From NCBI GenBank assembly GCA_020629155.1, contig JAHDDW010000005.1, forward strand, positions 69,703 through 133,702: a stretch of DNA of 64,000 nt, written 5' to 3'. Made by a program: the position numbers and the translations under genes. The notes beneath the pieces are model-generated. The model was not told where the DNA came from. It did not search any database and saw only the letters and a program-made list of their open reading frames with translations. Positions 9,100 to 18,027 of the stretch are shown here, piece after piece. Within the stretch, counting starts at the first letter, position 1; each line of letters starts with the position of its first letter. Source of the stretch: Acidimicrobiales bacterium (GTDB lineage Bacteria; Actinomycetota; Acidimicrobiia; Acidimicrobiales; SZUA-35).

Positions 9100-10650
9100 G
9101 TGGCTCAAGATCTTATGAAAACAAAACTAGATGATTTGGCGCAACGCAAAGAAGAGGCGTTACGCGCTGGACCTGAGAAAGCTGTTAACAGGCAAAAAGA
9201 CAAAGGTAAGATGCTCGCGCGCGAGCGTATTGACTATCTACTCGATGAAGGTTCTTTCCACGAGCTAGATATGCTCGCTCGTACTCGTTTTGCTGAGGCG
9301 AAAGATCGTCCCTACACCGATGGTGTCGTCACTGGTTGGGGCACGGTCAACGGCAAGAAAGTATTTCTTTTCAGTCAAGATTTCACTATCAACGGTGGTT
9401 CATTGGGTGAAGTGTTCGCCGAGAAAATCCACAAGTTAATGGATTTAGCCCTTTCTGTTGGTGCTCCTCTTATCGGCCTAAACGACGGCGCTGGCGCTCG
9501 CATCCCTGAAGGTGTTGTCAGCCTCGATGGCTATGGCGGCATTTTCTATCGCAACGTGCAAGCATCGGGCGTCATCCCGCAAATCAGTGTGATTATGGGT
9601 CCTTGTGCAGGTGGTGCGGTCTATAGCCCAGCGATGACCGACTTTATTTTCATGGTTCGTGAATCATCACACATGTTTATCACAGGGCCCAATGTTGTGA
9701 AAACAGTCACAGGTGAAGATGTGACGCTTGAAGAGTTAGGCGGTGCCACAAGCCATTCGTCTCGTTCTGGTGTTGCTTGCTTTGTCGCCGACGACGAAGC
9801 AGCTGTGCTTGATGAAGTTAAGACGCTGCTCTCATATTTGCCTGCAAATAATGTTGAACCTGCACCAGTTGTTGAAGCAACCGACGATCCCAAACGTCTC
9901 TGCTCAGACCTTGCTTCGTCAGTCCCAACAGAGTCAAATGAGCCGTATGAAATCAAAGATGTGATCGCTCAGATTGTCGACGATGGCAACTTTTTTGAAT
10001 ATCACGCCAACTGGGCAAAATCGATTGTCTGCGGTTTTGCTCGTATTGATGGCCAAGCGGTTGGTATTGTCGCCAACCAGCCAACCGTGCTCGCAGGTGT
10101 TTTGGACACCGAAAGCGCATCAAAAGCTGCACGGTTTGTGCGCACGTGTGACTCGTTTAACGTGCCGTTGCTTACTATCGTTGATGCGCCAGGTTTCCTG
10201 CCAGGTGTCGACCAAGAACACGGCGGCATTATCCGCCACGGCGCCAAGTTGTTGTATGCCTATGCCGAAGCTACCGTGCCAAGAATCAGTTTGATTATCC
10301 GTAAAGCCTACGGTGGCGCCTATGTGGTGATGGATTCAAAAGGCATCGGTTCTGATCTTGTTTTTGCGTGGCCATCGGCTGAAATATCGGTGATGCGCCC
10401 AGAAGGCGCAGCCGATTCGCTCTATAAAGATGAGATAGCAACCGCTGCTGACCCGAAAGCAAAACGAAAAAAATACGTAGAAGACTATAGAGAGAACGTT
10501 TCAAGCCCCTATATTGCAGCCGAGCGTGGCTTAGTCGACGATGTGATCGACCCGAGTGAAACACGCCAAAAAATTGTTGACGGGTTTGCGATGCTTGCCT
10601 CGAAACAGGGTGACGTGCCGCAGCGCAAACATGGCAACGTGCCGTTATAG
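9100..10650 (+). CDS. acyl-CoA (propionyl-CoA) carboxylase beta subunit / carboxyltransferase
   Basis: 516 aa. Carboxyltransferase pattern throughout: RERIDYLLDEGSF, GWGTVNGKKVF.FSQDFT..GGSLGE, GPCAGGAVYSPA.TDF, RKAYGGAYVVM. Confidence 0.9.
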   Translation: MAQDLMKTKLDDLAQRKEEALRAGPEKAVNRQKDKGKMLARERIDYLLDEGSFHELDMLARTRFAEAKDRPYTDGVVTGWGTVNGKKVFLFSQDFTINGGSLGEVFAEKIHKLMDLALSVGAPLIGLNDGAGARIPEGVVSLDGYGGIFYRNVQASGVIPQISVIMGPCAGGAVYSPAMTDFIFMVRESSHMFITGPNVVKTVTGEDVTLEELGGATSHSSRSGVACFVADDEAAVLDEVKTLLSYLPANNVEPAPVVEATDDPKRLCSDLASSVPTESNEPYEIKDVIAQIVDDGNFFEYHANWAKSIVCGFARIDGQAVGIVANQPTVLAGVLDTESASKAARFVRTCDSFNVPLLTIVDAPGFLPGVDQEHGGIIRHGAKLLYAYAEATVPRISLIIRKAYGGAYVVMDSKGIGSDLVFAWPSAEISVMRPEGAADSLYKDEIATAADPKAKRKKYVEDYRENVSSPYIAAERGLVDDVIDPSETRQKIVDGFAMLASKQGDVPQRKHGNVPL

Positions 10651-10658
10651 GGGTTGCG

Positions 10659-10820
10659 ATGCATATTCTAGAGATAACCCCACGACCGACCGAAGATGAA
10701 GCTGCAGCTATCGCCCTAGCGTTGGAAGAACTGTGGCCAAAACCTGCTGCTCCGCAACCTGAGATAGCGCCTGATTGGCGTTTCGCGTCTCGCTGGTGGA
10801 ACAAGCGCGCTCTTGGCTAG
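10659..10820 (+). CDS. acyl-CoA carboxylase epsilon-subunit-like peptide (53 aa)
   Basis: Below the track cutoff, translated by eye: MHILEITPRPTEDEAAAIALALEELWPKPAAPQPEIAPDWRFASRWWNKRALG. It starts 9 nt after the beta-subunit stop. The xPTxEExAAxxAxL block followed by a Trp/Arg tail fits small AccE-type partners. Confidence 0.5.
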   Translation: MHILEITPRPTEDEAAAIALALEELWPKPAAPQPEIAPDWRFASRWWNKRALG

Positions 10821-10834
10821 CCGTGCATAAAGTT

Positions 10835-12193
10835 TCAGGATCTTAAAGCTTCTAGAGAGTCTTCTTGGAGCTGGGCATAGAGCACAAACGGGTCGAATGG
10901 CGTGTGGCCGAGGCCTGCTTCAAACTCTTTTTGGGAAGAACCCTCTGCAGTAAGCGCTTCAGCGCTGACTTTTGCATTGGATTGGAAAATGCCAGCAGCG
11001 CTCACAGGCAGAAAATCTTCATAGATGATGGGCGACAACGTGACAAGGTTTTGAGCGAGTAGTTCGTCGAGCAAATAGTTTTTGCTAAAAATATTACGAT
11101 CTGCGGCAGGAACGGTATCTGCCCAGCTATAGGTGAAATAAGCAAGTTTTTGCGTGTGTAGTTCATGCCAGGTATCTGGGAATGCTTGAAACGACTCATG
11201 CAAGAGTGCTTTGTATCGGCTGGCATTTTCCTCTGTTGGCAGCACTTGTGAACGAACTTTTTGAAGCAGCTGATCATAGAGCGCCCGGCCTTTGGGAGTT
11301 AACGCGACGCCTCGCTGCTCTATCTCGCCGAAACGAGCTGTGTGTTGTGCCTCTATCGTTTCGAAAAGCGCTGGTTCTGCCAGCGCTTTAAACGATGTTT
11401 GCCGCAACAGAATCGGACATTGTCGCATTGGTGGGCCCTCAATAATCGCTTTGGGGGTTATCCCAACGCCTAGCATCTGGTCTTGTACTACTTCTATCGC
11501 TAATGTGCGAGGCGTCAAATGGTTAAGATGTGGATTTGGGAAGCTAACAACATCAGCAAGCAATGGGTTTAGCTCTTGAAATTTCTTGTAAAGCTCGAAA
11601 GAAACACAACCTTCGCCACGCCACGCAAAAGTTTTTGCCAACTCGGCAACAAACAACTCGCCCTGTTCTGCGGTCAAACCGCCAGCTTGCTCACCTTGTT
11701 CTATGAGCGATACAGCCTGTGTTGTGCAGATTGTCCGCTGCGTACATACTGCGGCGATTTCTGCGCTAAGAGGATTGTCTTGAAACAAATCGGTTCGAAG
11801 CACCGAGGTGAATAGACGGAAAGGGTTTGCCGCTAAGGCTTCAGCAGTGATCGGCCGAAAAGCTGTCGAATGAAATGGGATATTCGCAACGGTCAGATCG
11901 TAATAGCCAACACTTTTCATGCCTAGTAACGCAAAAGCTCTGCTAAGCAAACGCAATTCGTCATAAGAAGCAAGCCGAATAGCGCCGTGGCGTTCGACGC
12001 TAAGTCGGTGCATTTGGTTGAAACCCTCAGATGTCTCGCCGTTGCTTTGATCTGTTGCGAGCTCGCTAGCGTTAACGCGTTGGACAAGGTCAAGTAGTGC
12101 GCCATATGGCGGCACTTCGATGCGGTACATATCAGAAAGCGTGGCAGCGAACCAGGTGCGGAGAGTATCAGAAGAAACAAACTGGCTGCTCAT
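10835..12193 (-). CDS. DUF1338 protein, YdcJ/HglS-like (putative 2-oxoadipate dioxygenase/decarboxylase)
   Basis: 452 aa. Size and N-terminal pattern (...LRTWFAATLSDMYRIEVPPYGALLDLV...) resemble E. coli YdcJ and P. putida HglS. Confidence 0.6.
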   Translation of the reverse strand: MSSQFVSSDTLRTWFAATLSDMYRIEVPPYGALLDLVQRVNASELATDQSNGETSEGFNQMHRLSVERHGAIRLASYDELRLLSRAFALLGMKSVGYYDLTVANIPFHSTAFRPITAEALAANPFRLFTSVLRTDLFQDNPLSAEIAAVCTQRTICTTQAVSLIEQGEQAGGLTAEQGELFVAELAKTFAWRGEGCVSFELYKKFQELNPLLADVVSFPNPHLNHLTPRTLAIEVVQDQMLGVGITPKAIIEGPPMRQCPILLRQTSFKALAEPALFETIEAQHTARFGEIEQRGVALTPKGRALYDQLLQKVRSQVLPTEENASRYKALLHESFQAFPDTWHELHTQKLAYFTYSWADTVPAADRNIFSKNYLLDELLAQNLVTLSPIIYEDFLPVSAAGIFQSNAKVSAEALTAEGSSQKEFEAGLGHTPFDPFVLYAQLQEDSLEALRS

Positions 12194-12286
12194 AGCTTAA
12201 TAGTACAACGACATTGCTGCTAAAAGTAGACGCTCATGTTCTTAGTGAGAATCACATAGCAAACGCAGGTGAGCTAGTCTTTTGTT

Positions 12287-15097
12287 GTGAACCGCCGATT
12301 ACAAAATTTTAAAGAGCAGTTATATGAAGCTAACTATAGTGGCGACTTTCTCGATGATGAAGCGACCAAAGTAGCCTACAGCACCGACAATTCGATCTAT
12401 CAACTTGTTCCTCAGGCGGTGCTTGTCCCCTCGTCAGCCGCTGATGTGGCTAGTCTCGCCAGAATAAATAGCATGCAAGCCACACCGTTTGCGCTTGTTG
12501 CTAGGGGAGGCGGAACGGGCACTAACGGGCAAAGCCTGACTGATCAGCTTGTGATTGACACAAAACGCAGCCTTAACCAAATCGTGTCTATCGATGCGAT
12601 GAATAAACAGGCGATTGTGCAGCCAGGTGTTGTGCTCACGCAACTAAACGAAGCACTACATGAGCATGGCCTCTTTTTTGCGCCGCATGTTTCGACTGCT
12701 TCACGGGCGACCATCGGCGGTATGGTTGCAACTGATGCTGCAGGTAAAGGGTCTATGCGATATGGGCGGACTAATGATCATGTTATAGCGCTAAACGTGG
12801 TGCTTAGCGATGGCACACAAACTCGGTTTGCATCGCCTGATGAGCCACCTGATACTGATCAGTTAGGCCAGCGTATGGACGCAGAGTTGCAAGAGATTTT
12901 GACTACAACAGATTTTTCGACACTGCCGCAACTGTCGCGAGGGTTTACTGGCTATAACATTGAACGAGCAGCGTCTAGGTTGCCTGTTGCGATCGATTAC
13001 ACAAAATTGTTATGCGGTTCGGAAGGCACGCTTGCAATCACAACTGCTATAACAATCAAGCTGACTGACCTGCCCAAGCAAACTCACCTTGCAGTCGTTG
13101 TTTATCCAACGTTTTTAGAGGCTATAGATGATGCGACTCGTCTGAAATCGACACAACCTATTGCGATTGAATGTATCGACGATACTACAATGAGGGCAGC
13201 GCAGCGCTCGTCTTCGTGGCCACAAGTAAAACGATTTGTCGGTGGTGAAACAAAGCCGGTGTTACTCATCGAATACGACGATATCGAAAAATGTGAACAC
13301 CTTGCGGAGCTGACGACTGAGCGGCAACGACATGTGGCTTATACTTCAGATTCAGACGAAATAGCAGCGCTTTGGCAGTTACGAAAAGATGCTGTGGGGT
13401 TAGTAGCAAAACCACTAGACGGGGCGGCTCCTGTTGCTTTTGTTGAAGATTGTGCGGTGCCGCCACAGCACTTATCGGCCTTCATCTCGGGCTTTCGTGA
13501 TGTGCTTGAACGCAATAGTGTTCGTTATGCCATGTATGGCCACGCCGATGTTGGTTGTGTGCATGTGCGTCCAGCCCTCAACCTTGAAAAATCTGAACAT
13601 CAGAAACTTGTACGCAAAATAACAGACGAAGTAACCGAACTAGTTACAAACTATGGCGGTGTGCTATGGGGAGAACATGGTCGAGGTTTCCGAGGTGCGC
13701 AGAATAGTTTAGACGCACAAACGTTGCTTGTAATGCGTAAGATCAAAACCCTTTTTGACTCGAATAATATTTTGAATCCGCATAAGCTGTATACGCCTAT
13801 CACAGAAAAAACAGAACCGAGCGAAGTGACAGCGCTTGACGATGTGCCGTTGCGAGCACAAAGCAATGTGCTGGTTTCTATCGACGAAAGGCAACGGTTT
13901 GAGAGCGCATTTAGTTGCAACGGTAACGGCATTTGCCATCACTGGGGCCCGACTGAAGTGATGTGTCCGTCGTTTAAAACCACAAATGACCCACGTCTTT
14001 CACCAAAAGGTAGAGCTGATATGTTTCGTGCGCATGCCGTTGATCCAACAAACGAAATGCTTGCAGACGACGTAGCTGAATCGCTTGACCAATGCTTATC
14101 ATGCAGCGCTTGCTTGGGTCGTTGCCCAGTGCAGGTAGATATCAGCGAAATGAAGTCGACCTTTTTAGCGACGCGCAAACGCACGGTTATAGACAATGTT
14201 CGCGTGCAGGCGATAAGTAGATTTGAATCGGTGGTGCCTTTAGCTGCGAAGCTTCCATCATGGCTGCAAAAAACTGGTTACCCGCTGTTGCGTTATGGTT
14301 TGCAGCTTGTAGATATGCCGATAGTTGCCGGTCCTACGCTTGCGCAACTGGCGAAACAAGAAGGCGTTGCCTACGGAAACGAAAATCTGGCTGATGCGTC
14401 GGTGCTTATTTTGCCTGATGCGTTTACCGCTTTTTTCGAACCGTCAGTCTTGCGTAGCGTTATTCGGCTTCTTAAAACACTGGGGGAGACTCCTGCTATA
14501 GCCACCTATGTTGCTTCTGGTAAGTTCGATCATGTGAAGGGGTTACGTGGCCGCTTTGCTCAGCAGGTAGCAAAACAACGTGCACATATCGAACAACTCG
14601 CTGGTTTAGGGGTGCCGATGCTCGTTATCGAGCCAGCAGTCGCTTCGTTATATACACATGAATATCGTGCTTTCGATGCACAGTTCCCAGAAATTGATGT
14701 GACTATCTCCACTTATGTAGTACAACACAAAAATAGTGCATCACTACAGAGCTTTTCGACTGGACAATCGGTTGATTTGTTTACTCATTGCACCGAGACG
14801 ACACTGCATCCACAGAACACCAGGGCCTATGCCCAGTTGCTAGAACAAGCTGGTTTTACTGTGCAAACACACGAGCTGACATGTTGCGGTATGGCAGGCA
14901 TCTTTGGCCATGAAAAGGCGAACCAAACGATGTCAAAAGAACTTTTTGAAAGTTGCTGGCTGCCGCTGATCAACCAAAGCAAAGCTAACTATCTAGTAGC
15001 GCCTGGCTACTCGTGCCGCTCTCAAGCAAAACGTTTCGATACAACCCTTACGCACCCACTATCATTAATGGCTAGCCTGCATGCCATTGCCGTTTGA
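12287..15097 (+). CDS. FAD-binding and (Fe-S)-binding oxidoreductase, YdiJ-like (putative D-2-hydroxyacid dehydrogenase)
   Basis: 936 aa. N-terminal FAD PCMH domain (ARGGGTGTNGQS). Central CxxCxxCxxxCP ferredoxin motif (CLSCSACLGRCP). C-terminal CCG motif (LTCCGMAG). GTG start. Confidence 0.75.
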   Translation: MNRRLQNFKEQLYEANYSGDFLDDEATKVAYSTDNSIYQLVPQAVLVPSSAADVASLARINSMQATPFALVARGGGTGTNGQSLTDQLVIDTKRSLNQIVSIDAMNKQAIVQPGVVLTQLNEALHEHGLFFAPHVSTASRATIGGMVATDAAGKGSMRYGRTNDHVIALNVVLSDGTQTRFASPDEPPDTDQLGQRMDAELQEILTTTDFSTLPQLSRGFTGYNIERAASRLPVAIDYTKLLCGSEGTLAITTAITIKLTDLPKQTHLAVVVYPTFLEAIDDATRLKSTQPIAIECIDDTTMRAAQRSSSWPQVKRFVGGETKPVLLIEYDDIEKCEHLAELTTERQRHVAYTSDSDEIAALWQLRKDAVGLVAKPLDGAAPVAFVEDCAVPPQHLSAFISGFRDVLERNSVRYAMYGHADVGCVHVRPALNLEKSEHQKLVRKITDEVTELVTNYGGVLWGEHGRGFRGAQNSLDAQTLLVMRKIKTLFDSNNILNPHKLYTPITEKTEPSEVTALDDVPLRAQSNVLVSIDERQRFESAFSCNGNGICHHWGPTEVMCPSFKTTNDPRLSPKGRADMFRAHAVDPTNEMLADDVAESLDQCLSCSACLGRCPVQVDISEMKSTFLATRKRTVIDNVRVQAISRFESVVPLAAKLPSWLQKTGYPLLRYGLQLVDMPIVAGPTLAQLAKQEGVAYGNENLADASVLILPDAFTAFFEPSVLRSVIRLLKTLGETPAIATYVASGKFDHVKGLRGRFAQQVAKQRAHIEQLAGLGVPMLVIEPAVASLYTHEYRAFDAQFPEIDVTISTYVVQHKNSASLQSFSTGQSVDLFTHCTETTLHPQNTRAYAQLLEQAGFTVQTHELTCCGMAGIFGHEKANQTMSKELFESCWLPLINQSKANYLVAPGYSCRSQAKRFDTTLTHPLSLMASLHAIAV

Positions 15098-15106
15098 ACA
15101 AAAATT

Positions 15107-16168
15107 TTACTCTTCAGCGAGGTAAAGAGCGCCTGTTTGCGTGGCGAGGAACGCATCGAAAGGTATATCTTCTTGTTTGAGAAAGCCTTGCGTGGGCAGT
15201 ATGCCGTCTCGCACCATTTCAATACTAGCTACAACCGACGCTGATGTTGTCCAAGAGATCGCAGTGCGCATTTTGCCTGCTAACTCTTTCGGACGGTAGC
15301 CTTTCACAAATTCTTTGCGAGCTAGCTTGCCGTTTACTGTACCTTCAGTCGCTACATGGACATACACAATATCATCAGCGACAGGAGGCTTAGCATGCAC
15401 AAGAACTTCTCCAGCTTCTTCACGTCGTTCACGCATCAACAGCTCATGAAAAAAGAAATTCATCAAACGCATATGTCCTGGATAGCGCATTGTTTTGTAG
15501 TCTAGATTGTCGACTTTGCCTAGATAGGTTTCACACATCGTGCCTAAGCCGCCCGAAGTAGTGAACGCTTCAAGTTTCACCGCGTTGATATAGATAGTTT
15601 CAAGCCATTCCATCGAAGAAAGCGTTTTTGAAACGCCATTTTCTATCACTTCGCAGTCATTTAAATATTCGTTTACAACGCCTTCAGATGACCAATTGAA
15701 TGCATAGCCCATAAGGCCTGTTGGGTGCTGAGGTAACGCACCAACACGCATTCGACAAGACCTGCAATCATCAAGTTGATTAATAAGATTTGCGCCAACA
15801 ATGCCAATAAAACCAGGGGCAAGACCACATTGTGGTGCCATCAGTTTGGTTGCTGTTGTGCTAAGACGCCTGATTTCTTGTGTGGTCGATACGTCTTCAG
15901 TCAAATCAAAATAGTACAGGCCAGCGTCATGTGCAGCATTGGCAATATTTTTGTTTAAATGATACGGCAGGCAAGAAAGCACAGCGTCATGGCGTTTGAA
16001 CTCGTTTGCTACGTCTGGTCCGTTTGTAAGGTCAAGCGTTTTAGTTGCAAAGGCTGCCTCGGGTTGAGTTAGCGCGTCTATGCCTGTGACCTCAAAACCA
16101 CAATCGTGAAGAAGTTGTGCAGCTAACGCACCGATTTTTCCTAAACCTAGTACCGCTATTTTCTTCAT
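15107..16168 (-). CDS. saccharopine dehydrogenase-family NAD(P)-binding protein
   Basis: MKKIAVLGLGKIGALAAQLL Rossmann start. The 353-aa size and C-terminal half are typical of the saccharopine / L-lysine dehydrogenase family. Confidence 0.65.
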   Translation of the reverse strand: MKKIAVLGLGKIGALAAQLLHDCGFEVTGIDALTQPEAAFATKTLDLTNGPDVANEFKRHDAVLSCLPYHLNKNIANAAHDAGLYYFDLTEDVSTTQEIRRLSTTATKLMAPQCGLAPGFIGIVGANLINQLDDCRSCRMRVGALPQHPTGLMGYAFNWSSEGVVNEYLNDCEVIENGVSKTLSSMEWLETIYINAVKLEAFTTSGGLGTMCETYLGKVDNLDYKTMRYPGHMRLMNFFFHELLMRERREEAGEVLVHAKPPVADDIVYVHVATEGTVNGKLARKEFVKGYRPKELAGKMRTAISWTTSASVVASIEMVRDGILPTQGFLKQEDIPFDAFLATQTGALYLAEE

Positions 16169-16234
16169 CTGTGTTACCTCAGCTTTCCTCCTTTAAGATC
16201 GGCAGGGTTGAGACAATTTTTATGAAACCACTAG

Positions 16235-16714
16235 CTAGCGTTGTGACCTGAGGTTGGCGAAAAAGTCTCGTAATAGTTTTGCGCAGGCTTCTTCTTGAAC
16301 CCCACCTATGGTGGCTATTTTATGGTTCAGGCGTGCATCGTCGCAAACAGTATAGAGCGTCCCGCAAGCGCCACCTTTAGGGTCATATGCCCCGAAGATA
16401 AGATGTGGAATGCGTGCAGAAAGCATAGTGCCAGCGCACATAAGACATGGCTCTAACGTCACGGCAAGACGAGCTTGCGGCAACCTCCAGCTGCCTACAA
16501 CTTGGGCCGCGTCTCGAATCGCCAAAACCTCGGCGTGAGCTGTAGGGTCTTGAAGCAATTCACGTTCGTTGTGGCGTCGTGCTATAATTTCGCCGTCTAG
16601 CTCGATAACAGCTCCCACTGGCACATCACCATGTTCGAGCGCTAACGCAGCCTCCTGCCGGGCTAATTCTATGAGCATCACATTATCCACTACTGCAAGG
16701 ATAGCTTCAAGCAC
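16235..16714 (-). CDS. tadA: tRNA adenosine(34) deaminase
   Basis: HAEVLAIRDA and PCLMCAG zinc motifs. About 150 aa. The true start may be the internal Met at 16678. Confidence 0.85.
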   Translation of the reverse strand: MLEAILAVVDNVMLIELARQEAALALEHGDVPVGAVIELDGEIIARRHNERELLQDPTAHAEVLAIRDAAQVVGSWRLPQARLAVTLEPCLMCAGTMLSARIPHLIFGAYDPKGGACGTLYTVCDDARLNHKIATIGGVQEEACAKLLRDFFANLRSQR

Positions 16715-16742
16715 CCTATTTGTGAGCTATTCGGCGTTGAAG

Positions 16743-17564
16743 CTACCCTTTAGCGAGTACAGAAAATACTGCGCCGTCTGGGTCTGCGAGAACGGCTTGG
16801 CGTCCAATCGGCAAATCGTACGGCGCAGTGATCACGTATCCGCCGTTGCGAACAGCAAGCGCAGCTGTCACATCTGCGTCAACGACAGTGAACGAAACAC
16901 ACCATGATGACGGAAGCGAATTAATAGCTGGTGTGACAGCGCCAGCAACATCTGTCACGCCATTGGTGAAAACGGTATAGCAGCATTGTGGCTCGTACGG
17001 GTCAGAAGGCAGCCAATATTCATATGAGTCCCAGCCAAAAATTTCTGCATAAAACTTTTTAGCAATGTCAAGATCTGATGCTTCAAGTTCTAGCCACGCT
17101 AACGAACCAACATCGAGCTTCCCATCGATGTCGCTGCCGTCATGATCTTGCGCTTCCCAAAGTCGAAGCACTGCATTGTTCGGGTCGGCAATGGTCGCAG
17201 CGCGACCTAACGTGCCAACAGTAGCGGCTGGTTCAAGAAGAGTGCCGCCTGCGCTATCAACAAGCTTCAATGTCTTATCTAGATCTGTCACCGTAACAAA
17301 AGCATCCCAAGTCGAGGGTACCGTTAAACCAAAGAGCGATTTGTTTTGTTTCGCAACGCTAGCTATTTGGTTGCCTTTACGTTTAGCAACAAGCTTTTCA
17401 AAACCATCTGAGATAGTGCTTGTTGTAGAGTTAGATTTGTTACGAGCAGTGAAATCCCACTCGAACAATGTTTGATAAAAGCTTTTAGAGCCTGAAATAT
17501 CATTTGTCTTCAGTGTCGCCCAATTGGGCGTACCGTGAAGGTAGCGTGTGGCGGTCATTGTCAT
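16743..17564 (-). CDS. two-domain VOC (glyoxalase/bleomycin-resistance fold) protein
   Basis: 273 aa with duplicated ...FY..LFGW.. modules (FYQTLFEWDF and FYAEIFGWDS). Confidence 0.7.
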   Translation of the reverse strand: MTMTATRYLHGTPNWATLKTNDISGSKSFYQTLFEWDFTARNKSNSTTSTISDGFEKLVAKRKGNQIASVAKQNKSLFGLTVPSTWDAFVTVTDLDKTLKLVDSAGGTLLEPAATVGTLGRAATIADPNNAVLRLWEAQDHDGSDIDGKLDVGSLAWLELEASDLDIAKKFYAEIFGWDSYEYWLPSDPYEPQCCYTVFTNGVTDVAGAVTPAINSLPSSWCVSFTVVDADVTAALAVRNGGYVITAPYDLPIGRQAVLADPDGAVFSVLAKG

Positions 17565-17783
17565 TTTTCCTCCGGGGTGATTGGCGGATCGTCCCCAATG
17601 AGAAACTAATGTAGACTAGATTGAGAAATAATGCCAGTGGTACTTGCTGCATCTAGAATGACCTTATCTGGAGTCACTAATAATGGGGTTTTGTGGCAGG
17701 CGTGAGAGAACTGTCAGTGTGTTCGCGTAGCAGAGCAGAAAAACGTCAGGTGTCGCATGGCGGAAAGTATCCGAAAACAAAAG

Positions 17784-17823
17784 CGACCAAAGCTGATTTT
17801 GGGAGAGTAATCAGCTTTGGTCG
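17784..17823 (-). terminator. 15-bp perfect hairpin with minus-strand U-tract
   Basis: CGACCAAAGCTGATT (17784-17798) pairs with AATCAGCTTTGGTCG (17809-17823). On the minus strand the hairpin is followed by CTTTTGTTTTCGG. It sits about 200 nt downstream of the ligD-pol stop. Confidence 0.5.
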
Positions 17824-18027
17824 TAATTCTTGTTATACCCGCTACGACATCCCAGTGACCGTGGCGCGGGCGGTATGGGTAAACCGGCCACTGGAACGTC
17901 GTAACGATGTTGACATCATGTTACAACACGGCTTCGAATATTACAAGAGCAACAAGCAAGTTTTTAAGAAAATTCCGTAAATGCGGAAGCGAACGTCGAC
18001 CGTCGGCTTTGTCTGGGGCTGTTGGCT

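Noticed and set aside
10295-10804. 169-aa minus-strand ORF
   Set aside because: It is antisense to the 3' end of the carboxyltransferase gene and to the AccE-like ORF. It is Arg/Ser/Ala-rich, consistent with a shadow ORF.
17693-17980. 95-aa plus-strand ORF in the ligD-pol/VOC spacer
   Set aside because: It has no RBS and no motif, and it spans the 15-bp hairpin. The region is more likely untranslated or structured RNA.
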